DNA of 64,000 nucleotides from Saccostrea echinata (Eukaryota), in contig NW_026889750.1 of the NCBI RefSeq assembly GCF_033153115.1, positions 33,170,001 to 33,234,000 of the forward strand. The letters are read 5' to 3'. Of this stretch, positions 38,002-49,957 are shown piece after piece. Below the pieces are notes generated by a model. The model was not told the origin of the DNA, searched no databases, and saw only the letters and a program-made list of their open reading frames with translations. Position 1 is the first letter of the stretch. Every line of letters starts with the position of its first letter. The position numbers were made by a program, and so were the translations under genes.

Positions 38002-41000
38002 ATGGCCAACATCTCAAATTTAGGAAGTGTCATTAGTAATATTGATGACATTGAAAAAGGTAAAAATGAGCATTCTGATCTTGAAGTGTCTGTTTCGCAG
38101 ATAACAACCATGCTTCGAGTTCATGTGACTTTGACGTTTCTCAGCAGAATAAAGAATAAAACTAGATTCCGTAAATTGTGTATATGCATATTGATGAGCT
38201 TTCTGTCCTTTGATTTCTGTTAGCAGCTTTCACAATATTTGTTGACATAACAAATCCGACACAATCTCTTGATTAAGCTAAAACGTGTCAACATTAACAC
38301 ACAACGACTTTTTTGCAAATCCCAAAAATTCAGAAAATTTGGTAAAAATTCAGATCATAACCTGTGGTATGTTATTCTCTTTAGAGAAGTGGACAGGCTT
38401 TCGCCTACATCCACTTCTCTTCGCAAGCCTTCATGTTTTGATTCTGGAAAACGTGTAAATCTCGAACCGGTGACGGTCTACACTTCAACTGACATTTCGT
38501 CTAAAATACGTCTGAATGTACGTAATAGACGTGTTATATTATCAATTTTAACATAAATACACACAACTGTCACAAGAAAACTGACCTTTATGTATTGTTA
38601 ATCCATTTTCACAAGTTCTCAATCCCGGATTTAACCTAATGTTTATCTACCACAGCTTATTATAAAAAATTGAAAAATTTTGCATGTATTATAAAGCAGT
38701 GATTAACTTCTTTTTCTTAGCCAAAAATCTCAAAATTGTTGAAAATCTTGATAAAAGCCTTTGGTGTATCCTTAACAAATCTTACTAATTTGGAAAGAGG
38801 AAAGTGGTTTGGGGACATGGCATTCAGACAGATATCATTACTATATTATGTATGTGTTTAATGACCCAGCTTTTGTACATTGCAACTTGAACATGTTGAA
38901 AATCCCCTTCTCTCTGCCCCAACCTTAATCTGCCTGCATTTTTTTCTTTTATTACAGCGGAAGATATATTTTAAGCCTCATATGCTTAGCTGATCTCTTT
39001 TCATCTTTGTTTGCTAAAGGGAAAAAAATCACATTATTATTTTGAGTAAACAAACCATTTTTCAGTTTTGATAAATTTAAATCAAATTTTTTACAATCCA
39101 AGTGCATGTATCCACGTGTATGTCCCAACTTTGCTCTACATGTATTAGTTAGAATAATCTGTCTCGGGACAGGCCATCACCACAGTTAGAATGCCTCCCA
39201 CATACCCGAAATGTAGCAGAAAATTGCAGAATTGCTCCAAAACAATTTTGGAGAAAATAAATGGAGTTGCATTAAAAATAACCATGAAATTAATCATAAC
39301 AAACATTTTTGAGATTGTGGATACTTTTCATCCAAAAAATTAATCCATATAACATGTATAATGGAAGAATTCAACGCTTTTTCTCAAAGTGTTTTATTTG
39401 CTTCAAATTTTACAAGCCTTGTTGACATTTGGAACTCTGAATTGTTCATAGTATATGCACGGAGTTAAAGTTATTGCCCACGTTTGTTTTGCTACATTGC
39501 CAATACACGGAACACATTCTATCGTTAAACCGGACATTTATCATATTTTTAACAATAGAACATTCTATCTTATAATATACATGAATATACCCTATTTACC
39601 CATCATAATCTTTTTCTGGCATTTGTTTTGTTTTGTTTTTTTGGTCCTTTTTTAAACCAAAATGAAAAAAAGAATGGAACAGGACAGTTTGAGAAGGATG
39701 GGGGAGGGGGATTAGAGTCCCAAGATTAATTTTATATGCATGGCCTTATTTTTACCCACTTTTATAAGAACTAGAACTCTGCACACAATTTATCACTTAG
39801 TAACAAAAAAATATTTATAATACAGAGAAAATGAATCTTAACCACCTTCTACAACTACAACAAAAAAATAGGTTTGAGGTCTCATGTGATAGTTTTTTAC
39901 AACTGAAAGATTGGTAATAATTTGCATATAATTAACAATAAGATTTTATAAATCCTGTGGAATCGTTTTAGTTCAGGGGGTCAGTGTTCATGGACAAGCA
40001 AAATTTTACTTGTTCATGGGGCATAATTTCGTGGGTTACTCATTTATACGGTAGATTCAATGAACATGATGAATCAATATGTTAACAAAATAAACGTTCT
40101 TTGGGATGTGCATTCGTGGGTAAGGGTGACCCAGGAAATCCATGAACATTGGTCCCCCACGAACATTGATGATTTTACAGTATGTCTAAGTTTGACAAGT
40201 TCTTCTTGAAGAAAATAATTGATTTCAAATTATCATATTTTGATATACTTATTTATAAGAGTGTTTATTTTTTTTTTTTTTTATTTATATTCATTTATTT
40301 TGTTTTCATGCAGAAATTGTTTTTAAGATATAGCTTGTATCTAAGGCAGAGATTACATTTCTATTGAATCAGGCAGAGATTACATTTCTATTGAATCAGG
40401 CAGAGATTACATTTCTATTGAATCAGGCAGAGATTACATTTCTATTGAATCAAATTTACAAACTTTATGTTGTATTTCAGACATGAGTTTGCCAATCGGT
40501 ATGTGAAGACAACATTTTTGAGTTCTCTTGTATTCTTTCAATGCATTAGGAATTTTATGATATACTGTTGCTAATTTTCTTTAAAACTGAAGAAGCATTT
40601 TCAGTATGCACTGTTGATTTTTGAAGCATGTCGTTCTGGTACTCTTAAATCATTTTTAGAATGATTCTGCATGCTAATCTAAATCAGCTAATATTTGACA
40701 AAGTTTTGACAAAAGTCTTTTATACATATTTGTCAGGAAAGTGTGCATTGGATGCTGCAGGGTGCAATAAGTATAAAGCTTTGTCCTCTGCCTGTAAATT
40801 TACCTCCAAAACAAGAAATATTTTTTTATACCCCCTACTTGAAAAGCGGGTGATGTATAGTGATGGGGATGTCTGCCTTCTGTCTGTATGTTCGTCCATT
40901 ACACTTTGGAGTACCCATCTCTTATCCACAACTCCTCTTATACCACTGAATGAAATTTAATGAGACTTTCACAGAACCTTTGTTACATAGTGTCATTATG

Positions 41001-44000
41001 CATCTATTTTACTTTTTCATCGGACTACATATTTCAGGTTTCCAATAGCAAAACATATACACTGCACTTCTTTCTATGATATTGAGGGGGTACCCATCTC
41101 TTATCTGCAACTCCTCCTATACCACTGAATAAAATTTAATGATACATTCACAGAATCTTTATTACATAGTGCCATTGTGTACCTCCTATTTAACTTTCTA
41201 ATCTGACATTTATTTCGGGTCTACCATAGCAAAACATGGACTTTGCCATTACAATGTATAATCATATTGGAGGCGGGATGGGGGGGGGGGATGTATCATT
41301 TAGTGAGCTCAGTGCTCACAGTACCTCTTGTTCACCCTGTTTTAATAGTAATGCAAACACCGTGTGAAAAGTATGATCTTGGAATTATCAAAATGATTGA
41401 AGAAGTTCCATCTTGTACCAAGTACAGTGAACATTTAAGAAGATACAAGTCTCGGGACTCTGCATGAGTGCATGTTTACTATAAATCTATACATGTAACT
41501 ATACAGAAATGCTTTCTGTTATATGAATATTAACTTACTGTTTTTTTTTTTATTAATAATCTACTTACCTGTAAAAATTATTCCCATATCATATCCTATA
41601 GCATTATGAATTACACAGTGTTGTATGAATATCACTTTGCTTCAGGCTTTGCAGCTTAGAAAACAGTTTGATTAGATCACTGAGGTGTTAGACTTTTGAC
41701 AGACACAGGTAGAATTACATTTGTTGGATAATAGATGTTACTGGTCAGAGTAATAGGTAGATAGTTTACTGGTCACATTTACCAGGAAGGAATCATTTTT
41801 AACCAACAACTGAGGAGAATAGAAATGAATTTCTAGTTAAAGGTCAAACTTCTGGATCTGAGAAATAATGTGACATAAAAAACCTGTGGCCAAAATAGTT
41901 GTAATCAGTCAGCAACAGGTGTAAGAGGCTAATAAGATCAATATTTAGTACCAATTGTTTTACCTGATAGTTTTATCATCAAGGCTGGATAAATGCTTCT
42001 GTGACATATATGTCCATAATCAAAGTGATGCTATTGGAGCTTAATTATCTTCTGATTTAAATTGTGAAAGTAATGGAATATTTGTGAGCTACAAGAGTTG
42101 ATTAAGATTCAGTTTAAAATACTGTAGTGGTTAGGAAACCATTTGCTTTAGGACATCTCTGATGGATTTTTAAGTTAATGTGATCATTGTTTTATGTGAT
42201 TATTCACTGAAAGTAGATAGAGCAAAAATAAGTACCAGTACTTGATGATGAGGAGAACCAGCTCTTATTCTGTTGCTGACAAAAAGAACGAAAGTGGAAA
42301 TGATGTTACTTCTGATGCAACCCTGAAAAGATTTAGACAGTTGCGTTTCTCAGGAAAGCAAAGGGCAGATCACTGTGATCAGGGGCAAAGGGGAGAGCAC
42401 TCTGAGGATGAGGTAAATGAACATGAGCATAAAGACAGACCTGCAGAGCTGGTGACTGATCTCTCATTAAGGAAGAGCACACGACAAGAGAAAGCAGGTG
42501 TGCAGCAGAGGAAACCCTTGTTCTCTCGGCGCTTTTCCGAGCCAGGAAAGGTCATAATGTCAACTGGTCAACGGTTCCATCGCAGCCAAAGCCAGGTGGA
42601 CCAGACAATGCTAAATAAACAGATATTACAGGAAAGAGGTTGTTAATTACACACAGAGTTGTGTAGTTACTAAAGCATTGAAAGGGTTCTAATTCAAAAG
42701 AAGGGGTGTGCATGTATAACATGATATGCATTCATGTTATTGTCTCCAAGAATGACATATTGTTTGCTGCTATATAGTTGTCATAAAGACAAGTAGTTGG
42801 AGCCTTACACTTAGATTTGTGTATAGCAATACTGTAAAAGATTTCTTTGGAAGGGGTAATTAAAATGTATCCCATTTCAAATTCAATATAATATACATTT
42901 TACCCATTCATAAAGAAATTATAGTGACAAGGAATATAATTTTTATACATTGTATTGATCAATGATTCCTCGGATTTGACCTGTTCAATATGCTGGATAT
43001 CTATTTTGTTTCTTTATATAAAAAAAAGGCAACATATTTATCATGAAACAAGCCCCTCTATTAAAGGAATACTTTTTGCAAGAAATATTAATTTTAAGAA
43101 TATATCTCTATCATAATTTAGTACATACACATATAAGACACTAGAATTTTAACGTTTAAAAAGAGCCCACTGCATAATGCACCAAATAGAATTGATTGAA
43201 TAGATTGCTGAAAAACAGCTGATTTTACAATCCAGTGGTGCACTGTCGGATTTTTCTGTTGAATCAATGTCCTTGGTGTAATTGTATGAGCATAAGGCAT
43301 ACATGTACCATATATCTAATGAATTCCATAAGTGATACTCTATTCTGTACACTTGTAGGACATCAGCAACAGATTGAAGTGTGCAGACATTCAATTATTG
43401 ATCCTTAAACACATACTTTAGCTCCCCATTCTGTTTGATCAGCCAACATAACAATGCTAGGCAAGTAACAGGTTCCCGACATACATGCTAACTAAGGCCT
43501 CGGTGACATTTTATGTCAGCAGGTAGATGCACTGTTTAGTGGAAGGTAAAACGAATTTTAGGATGTATGGTCGTTCAGTAGAAACTAAAGGTATATCTCA
43601 TAATTAGAAATCACTGTGTGAAAAATATTTAAAAAATGATTGTTGCATGTTAACATAAAATTTCGTCAAATGTTTCAAGTTTAAAGGATTTGATTGGTTT
43701 ATTTGAAGGTGCCCAAGTGGCCACCAGTTTACTTCAGCAGAGAGCCAATGATGTTAGAGCAAACAGGGTTAACTGGCAGAGCTATGTACAGTAAGTGATT
43801 AGATCTGTGTCTTGTTCATTTGCCATGTCATCAATGTCTTACATGTACATGTATATGTAGAGTGTTGTGATAATATAGGGTTATTAAAATGTCATCATTA
43901 GGACATAGATTTAGACCCGCTAGAATATCTTTTCCTGGCCCTTTTTTTAAGGTGGGTTGAAATAACTTACCACACTAGCTAGCAAGGAGAAATAAAAATA

Positions 44001-47000
44001 AAAGGTTTAAAATCTTAAAGGAGATTTTTATATTGTGATAAGAAGCAGTGAAAATTTGAAGTATTGCTTTGAATATGATGCAGTCAGATACAGAAATAAT
44101 ATTTTTTGTTTTGAAATTTAAAATTACATGCACCAAAACTATCCCAATACAGACCCTAAGAAAATATTATAGCTGTTGTAGTATGGAAAGGAGGAATGAG
44201 TTAATATGCATTGAAAATTCATAAATATATATATATAATGAAAAACATATGGCTGGACCGGGAATCGAACCCGGGACCCCTGCATTACTAGTCAGGTGCT
44301 CTAACCACTGAGCTATCCAGGCCGATGTCCTCAGTCCAGCCTAAATTCCTACATTCCTCCCTCCTTAAATAGTCTTCGCCCCCGAAGACACAACACAAGT
44401 TCACCTTGTCAGGACTTAACATTAATTACATATACATATTATATTGCCTGAACAAGGTAGGCCACGGCACCATCTGTAGTATGGAAAGGAGGAATGAGTT
44501 AATATGCATTGAAAATTCATAAATATATATATATAATGAAAAACATATGGCTGGACCGGGAATCGAACCCGGGACCCCTGCATTACTAGTCAGGTGCTCT
44601 AACCACTGAGCTATCCAGGCCGATGTCCTCAGTCCAGCCTAAATTCCTACACTGTAAACATGAAAACTTCACCAAACATGATATAAAGGGTTTTATTATT
44701 CTGACATTTCATAATTGTGTTGTCTACAAGCTGTCGTAGATGCTAATTTTGTCTCAACCATGCATAAATCAGGAACTTTCTTTGTTGACTCTGACTGTAT
44801 GCTGGAGCAAGGGTTTTGAGTACATATATAAATCATGCACAATTAAATTCTTATTTGACAGAGGACAGATGATTTCTCAGGAAGATTATAATTTTATCTA
44901 CCAGTTTGACAATGCAAACACTGAAACAAAGGCTGCCATGCTGAAGGAAAATGGAGCGCAGGTTATAAGATCTATATTGTACTTTGTTTAATTTGATTTA
45001 TTATTTCAATCAAATTCAGAACTTAATATCATGATTTTTTTTTATATCTGGCAAGATATTTCAAAAATATCATTGGTAGGAGTTGTTTACCTTGACTGCT
45101 TATTTACTAAAAAATGTTAATACTTACATGAATAAAGTTGACGATCAAAGCATACAATGACTTGTTTTATAGCAGTTATATAGATTATATCTTTTTTTTC
45201 TTGTACAAAAGCTTGTAACAGATCTCATTGACATTTTAGATATTTAATACTGAAGTTTGCTCACTGTGGTATATTGTGTTTGTAGTTTGCAAGAACTTTC
45301 TTCAATTTGATGAGTCAGATAGCTAAAGATCAGACCTTACAGTACATACTGACTATGCTGGATGATGTTTTACAGGTACAGTGTAGCTTGTAGTAACATT
45401 GGCTATTACTTTTGTGCATACACTTTGACACTAATCAAGTGATTTGACTGTCTTCATGCTAAGGCTCTCTGATTACTTTTCAAGTTTTCGAAACACGTAC
45501 AGGAGAAAACTATTTGCATACTTTTTCTGTAATTTTTTATCCAAATATTGATCTAAAGCTGTATTTGAAGATGAAGCTTGTTAAAGAAAATGTTGTGTTT
45601 TGGATGACTGGCATTCAGATAGTAAAGTATGTTGACTAGAAGTCAAATGTTATAGAAGACTGTATTTGTAGGAGGATAAATCCCGAGTAGAAATCTTAAA
45701 GGATTACGCCAAACAGATGAAAGAGTCTGTCTGGACACCATTCATGCACCTGCTGAACAGAAATGACAGATTTATTGTCAATCAGGTACACACAGCTATA
45801 GTAATCTAATCTAGGAATTATAAAGAATTATATGAATAATAGATATGACTGAATAAATAATGTATTTGTGTACTCAGAACTATGCACAATAAGACGAGGA
45901 ATGTTGCATAATGCATCTGTAAGGAAATTTGAAAGCATGCAAAGTTATTTGTTAAAAAGTTGTGACATGTAACACATATTTTTAATAGACCTGCTTTCAA
46001 CGGTAGTTATGTTTTACAGACAAGTAGAATCATTGCTAAGATGGCATGTTGGAGTAAGGAGTTGATGGGTCTGGATGATTTAAGATTCTATATGGATTGG
46101 CTTAAAAATCAGCTCCGTCTTCCTGTAAGTCAGATAGGTCACATGTTATAGTGTACAAGAGTTTACATTTAATGCTTCTTCCCAAAAGTGTAACAAACAC
46201 AAGACAGATTATCTTTAAAATCAATTAAAAAAAGTTTTAATTTAAAATTCAGGCACAGGCAACTGATGTTATATTTTTTTTTTCTTATCATGAAAAAAAT
46301 AACCCCTACCTAAGTTATTAGAATAAATAACAGAGGGATATATTTTTGTGATAAGAAAAAAAATTAACATCAAGCATCTGTGAATTAAGAGTTGTTGATG
46401 TTGAATGATGCACAGCCTGAATCTTGGAACACATGTACGATATATTATTGATGGATTTAAAACTGTTGTTTTACCTCAGGGTAATGAGTACATACAGACT
46501 GCAGCTCGGTGCCTACAGATGATGCTCAGAATTGAGAAATATAGGCAGGTGTTTGTTGATGTCGATGGGATAGCTACGTAAGTCAGAAGACATTGTTACA
46601 AGAAATTTTTTTTTTTACAGTACAACATGTACTTACAAGTAAAGTAATATGGAATTTCTATAGGATTGTGTGGTGACCTTCTTGTACTTACAGGGTTATT
46701 TTATAACTTATTTGTACTTGTAGGATTGTGTCTGTGTTGCTGGGGAGCAAGGTCGGCTTTCAGATCCAGTATCAGCTGATATTTTGTTTGTGGTGTCTTA
46801 GCTTCAGTCCTCATATAGCAGAGAGAATGAGCAAGTTAGTACTCTCAGCCACAACCAGATTAATTACAGTCTGACATAATTGATAACAACATCAACAAAT
46901 TATATCAGTGGAATTATTCTTCATGTGCTTCATACACAAAACCTAAGAAAATGCTTTTGTTTTCAGAGATAAAATCATTCCAGTACTGTCAGACATTCTC

Positions 47001-49532
47001 AGTGAATCTGTGAAGGAGAAAGTCTCAAGAATTATACTGGCCACATTCAGGGTACGTAAAATATTTAACATGTACATGTATTTACAGTTGATAATTATAC
47101 AGTGGTCTGACTTTTCAAAGCCTTGTTCAAGGGAAACCTCAAACAACATAAAAAAACAGTCCCATAGAACTACATGTACTTGTCAGATATTCAGTGGATT
47201 TGATGGTATTGATTATTGATGGTATTAATTCTAGAAAATACATGAACAGTGTATTTGTATTGTCGTTAATGTCTGAATTTGATTTGTAGAACTTGCTAGA
47301 GAAGCCAGAAGAGAAAGATCTGGTCCATGAACATGCTGTGGCAATGGTTCAATGTAAAGTTCTAAAACAGTTAGAGCTGCTGGAGGCCAGGAAATTTGAT
47401 GACCCTGACATTGTAGATGACCTTGAATTCCTCAATGAGAAACTGCAGGAGTCTGTCCAAGATCTTAGGTAACAAAACATGTTGCCACTTTCTCTAAACT
47501 TAAACTTGTACTTAAATGTTAAAGAAATTTAAATGTACTGCATCTAATAATGTTATGTAGCTTTTACATGTATTTTTGATGTATAGGATGTATTTTCAAG
47601 AATTGAAGACATACATGTATTTACTTGTAGTTCATTTGATGAGTACACATCAGAGGTCAAATCAGGAAGGTTGGAGTGGAGCCCGGTTCATAAGAATGAG
47701 AAATTCTGGAGGGAGAATGCTATCAGACTTAATGAGAATAACTATTCCCTCCTTAAGTATGAACTTAATTAAAAATTTGTATAGGTACAAACAACTGTAG
47801 CAGTAAAACATACAGAGAAACATGATTTTAGATAAAAAGTATTGTTCTGTCCATTGAAAAGTTTTGAAATGTTGAATTTCAAAGTTGATGACCATTTGTA
47901 AACGATGTGTATGAATATTGTGCATGATTAACCTGATTTTATGATTATGTATTTACACACAATATATATATTTTTTATTTCACTGTAAAGGATGTTAGTT
48001 CGACTCTTAGAAAGTAGCAAGGATCCATTAATCCTTTCTGTGGCAGCTCATGACTTAGGAGAATATGTCAGACATTATCCCAGGGGTAAAGTGTAAGTAG
48101 GAACTAAGTGAATATGTGTATGTAAGATAAGGTAAAGTGTAAATAGAATCTAGGAGAATTTGTCAGACATTATCACAGGGGTAGAGTGTAAGTAGGAACT
48201 GTAGGTGAATATGTGTATGTAAGTGTAAGACAATATTCAAGAGTTAAGTGTAAATAGGATCTAGGAGAATTTGTCAGACATTATCACAGGGGTAGAGTGT
48301 AAGTAGGAACTATAGGTGAATATGTGTATGTAAGTGTAAGACAATATTCAAGAGTTAAGTGTAAAAAGGATCTAGGAGAATTTGTCAGACATTATCACAG
48401 GGGTAGAGTGTAAGTAGGAACTATAGATGAATATGTGTATGTAAGTGTAAGACAATATTCAAGAGGTAAAGTGTACATAGGATCTAGGAGAATATGTCAG
48501 ACATTATCACAGGGGTAGAGTGTAAGTAGGTTCTAGGGGGATATGTAAGACTTTATTCCAGGGGTAAAGTATAAAGAGGATCTATGTCAAACACTGCATC
48601 AGGGGTAAAGTGGAAGTAGGATTTATGAGAATATATTCGTCATTACCACGGGGGTAAGGTGTAATGATTTAAGAGACTATGTCAGACATTATCTGAAAGA
48701 TTATGTTAAGAAGGATCTAGGAGAATTTGCCCGAGACATTATCTCAGGGGTAATTGTAAGTAAATTTACGAGAATATATCAGACATTATCATAGTGGTAA
48801 GGGAAGTAAGGGAATATATGTCAGACATTATCCCAAGGATAAAGTTTAGGTAGGATCTAGGAGAATATGTCAGACCTTATCCCAGAGGTAAATTGGAAGT
48901 ACCTGTACATATAGGATCAAAGAAATAAGTCAGACACTATCCCAAGGGTAGCCTAAATGTAGGACCTAGGAGAATGTATCAGACATTATCCCAGGGATAA
49001 GGACTAAGTAGGATCTAAATGAATATGTCAGACATTATCCCAGGGGTTACATCTAAATGTGGATCTAGGAGAATATCTCAAGTTCAGAAAACGTTTCATG
49101 TTTTATCTTAATACTTTTATAATATTGTAATTATTCCAGTCATAATTTTAATAAATAGTTCTTTTTTGCAGTGTGATAGAACAGTTGGGTGGCAAACAAT
49201 TAGTGATGCAATATCTGTCACATGAAGATCCTAATGTCAGATTTGAAGCCCTCATTGCTGTCCAAAAGTTAATGGTTCATAATTGGTAAGACATCCTTTT
49301 GTAAGACAATTTTTGGTACCCTAAAAGACAATTTTAATATGCAAGTATAATTCTATCAACTTCTATTGGGTTATGTAAATGTATAGGTTTTTGTGGATTA
49401 TAATTCATATAAATATTGATTTTTCATATCCCTACATCAGCTGACTCGTTCGTTTTCAGGGAGTACCTCGGACGTCAGTTGCAATCAGATCAACCTAAGG
49501 AGGGACCTGGAATGGTACAGACCCCCGCATAG
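38002..49532 (+). CDS. ATP6V1H: V-type proton ATPase subunit H
   Basis: Exons 38002-38059, 43709-43790, 44862-44961, 45286-45375, 45672-45785, 46020-46124, 46480-46577, 46724-46834, 46967-47051, 47290-47468, 47631-47756, 47991-48092, 49172-49285, 49460-49532; 1437 nt = 478 aa + stop. Hallmark motifs [108 protein letters not shown]. Exon 1 assignment is less certain than the rest. Confidence 0.96.
40344..40451. repeat. Minisatellite 4 x 27 bp
   Basis: aggcagagattacatttctattgaatc x4, ending ~30 bp before the candidate microexon. Confidence 0.9.
40481..40498 (+). CDS. ATP6V1H: Candidate 18-nt microexon of ATP6V1H (adds DMSLPI)
   Basis: tgttgtatttcag|ACATGAGTTTGCCAATCG|gtatgt; phase 1-1, frame-preserving between exon 1 and exon 2. 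Confidence 0.6.
40821..41332 (+). mobile_element. HINE-type element with 179-bp dimer
   Basis: T-run start, degenerate gtct microsatellite, gtacccatctcttatc at 40911 and 41090, 3' hairpin gtgagc..gctcac, cttgTT end. Confidence 0.65.
42245..42638 (+). CDS. ATP6V1H: Candidate alternative first coding exon of ATP6V1H (131-aa N-terminal extension)
   Basis: Coding-like 394-nt ORF in intron 1 (ATG 42245, in-frame upstream TAG at 42218). It ends AGA G|gttgtt in phase 1, matching the phase-1 acceptor at 43709, and the ORF stops 2 codons after this donor. Confidence 0.55.
44250..44322 (-). tRNA. tRNA-like sequence (AGT/Thr anticodon, imperfect stems) in the left LTR
   Basis: GCCTGGATAGCTCAGTGGTTAGAGCACCTGACTAGTAATGCAGGGGTCCCGGGTTCGATTCCCGGTCCAGCCA; intact A and B boxes, followed by TTTTT; bulge in anticodon stem and C-C mismatch in acceptor stem, so probably not a decoding tRNA. 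Confidence 0.6.
44548..44620 (-). tRNA. tRNA-like sequence (second identical copy) in the right LTR
   Basis: Same sequence as 44250-44322, offset 298 bp. Confidence 0.6.
48052..49078 (+). repeat. Tandem array (~20 units of ~49 bp, partly as a 111-bp higher-order unit) derived from the end of ATP6V1H exon 12 plus its donor site
   Basis: Unit gatctaggagaatatgtcagacattatcccaggggtaaagtgtaagtag equals exon sequence [14 protein letters not shown] + gtaagtag; taggagaat at 48151, 48262, 48373, 48485. Confidence 0.9.
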
Positions 49533-49940
49533 TAGTCACCTCACTGTGTCCAGAGAATGTATTCTCTGTCCTAGTCAAAGACATATTATCCAGAGACATT
49601 ATATAGGGTAACCATGACATTCCAGCAGGCTTGGAGTACCAGGGCTGTTATCATACGCAAATGCTGCATGTTACCTGTAGGGATTCTTACATGAACTATG
49701 TACCATATTTTAGCATTATTTCATTTAATATATTTTTTTTTATTATACAAGGAGGGAAAATCAGTTATGTATGGATATTTCGATGTCAGAGGGTGGTATT
49801 AATTTGGGATATACTCTTAGGAACAGTTTTGGAAGTAATTAGTGATTACTTTGTAGTGTATTCTTCAATATGAATTCCAGAGTTGGCTAAAGGATGGTTT
49901 TCTGGTTGGGTAATTAAGCCTTGTAAACCTCCAGCAACTC

Positions 49941-49957
49941 ATTTATTGACAATAAAT
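49941..49957. promoter_or_regulatory. Palindromic bidirectional poly(A) signal candidate
   Basis: atttattg-a-caataaat: AATAAA on + (49951-56) and on - (49947-42), between two convergent stop codons. Confidence 0.5.

Larger units (their letters stand above)
44177..44651 (-). mobile_element. Non-autonomous miniature LTR retrotransposon (TRIM) with tRNA-derived sequence inside both LTRs (Helenus/Cassandra-like design)
   Basis: Two apparently identical 177-bp direct repeats (44177-44353, 44475-44651), each bounded TGTAG...CTACA; 4-bp TSD CTGT (44173-76 / 44652-55); on the - strand PBS TGGTGCCGTGGCC 2 nt after the 5' LTR (44472-44460) and PPT AAGGAGGGAGGAA (44366-44354) abutting the 3' LTR. Confidence 0.93.

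Noticed and set aside
44250-44620. Two functional tRNA-Thr(AGT) genes
   Set aside because: Anticodon-stem bulge and acceptor mismatch, and both sit at the same position in LTRs bounded by PBS, PPT and TSD; better explained as part of a TRIM.
48093-49078. CRISPR-like array or mutually exclusive exon cluster
   Set aside because: Eukaryotic intron; units abut with no unique spacers; copies cover only the exon 3' end, lack polypyrimidine acceptors and contain stops.
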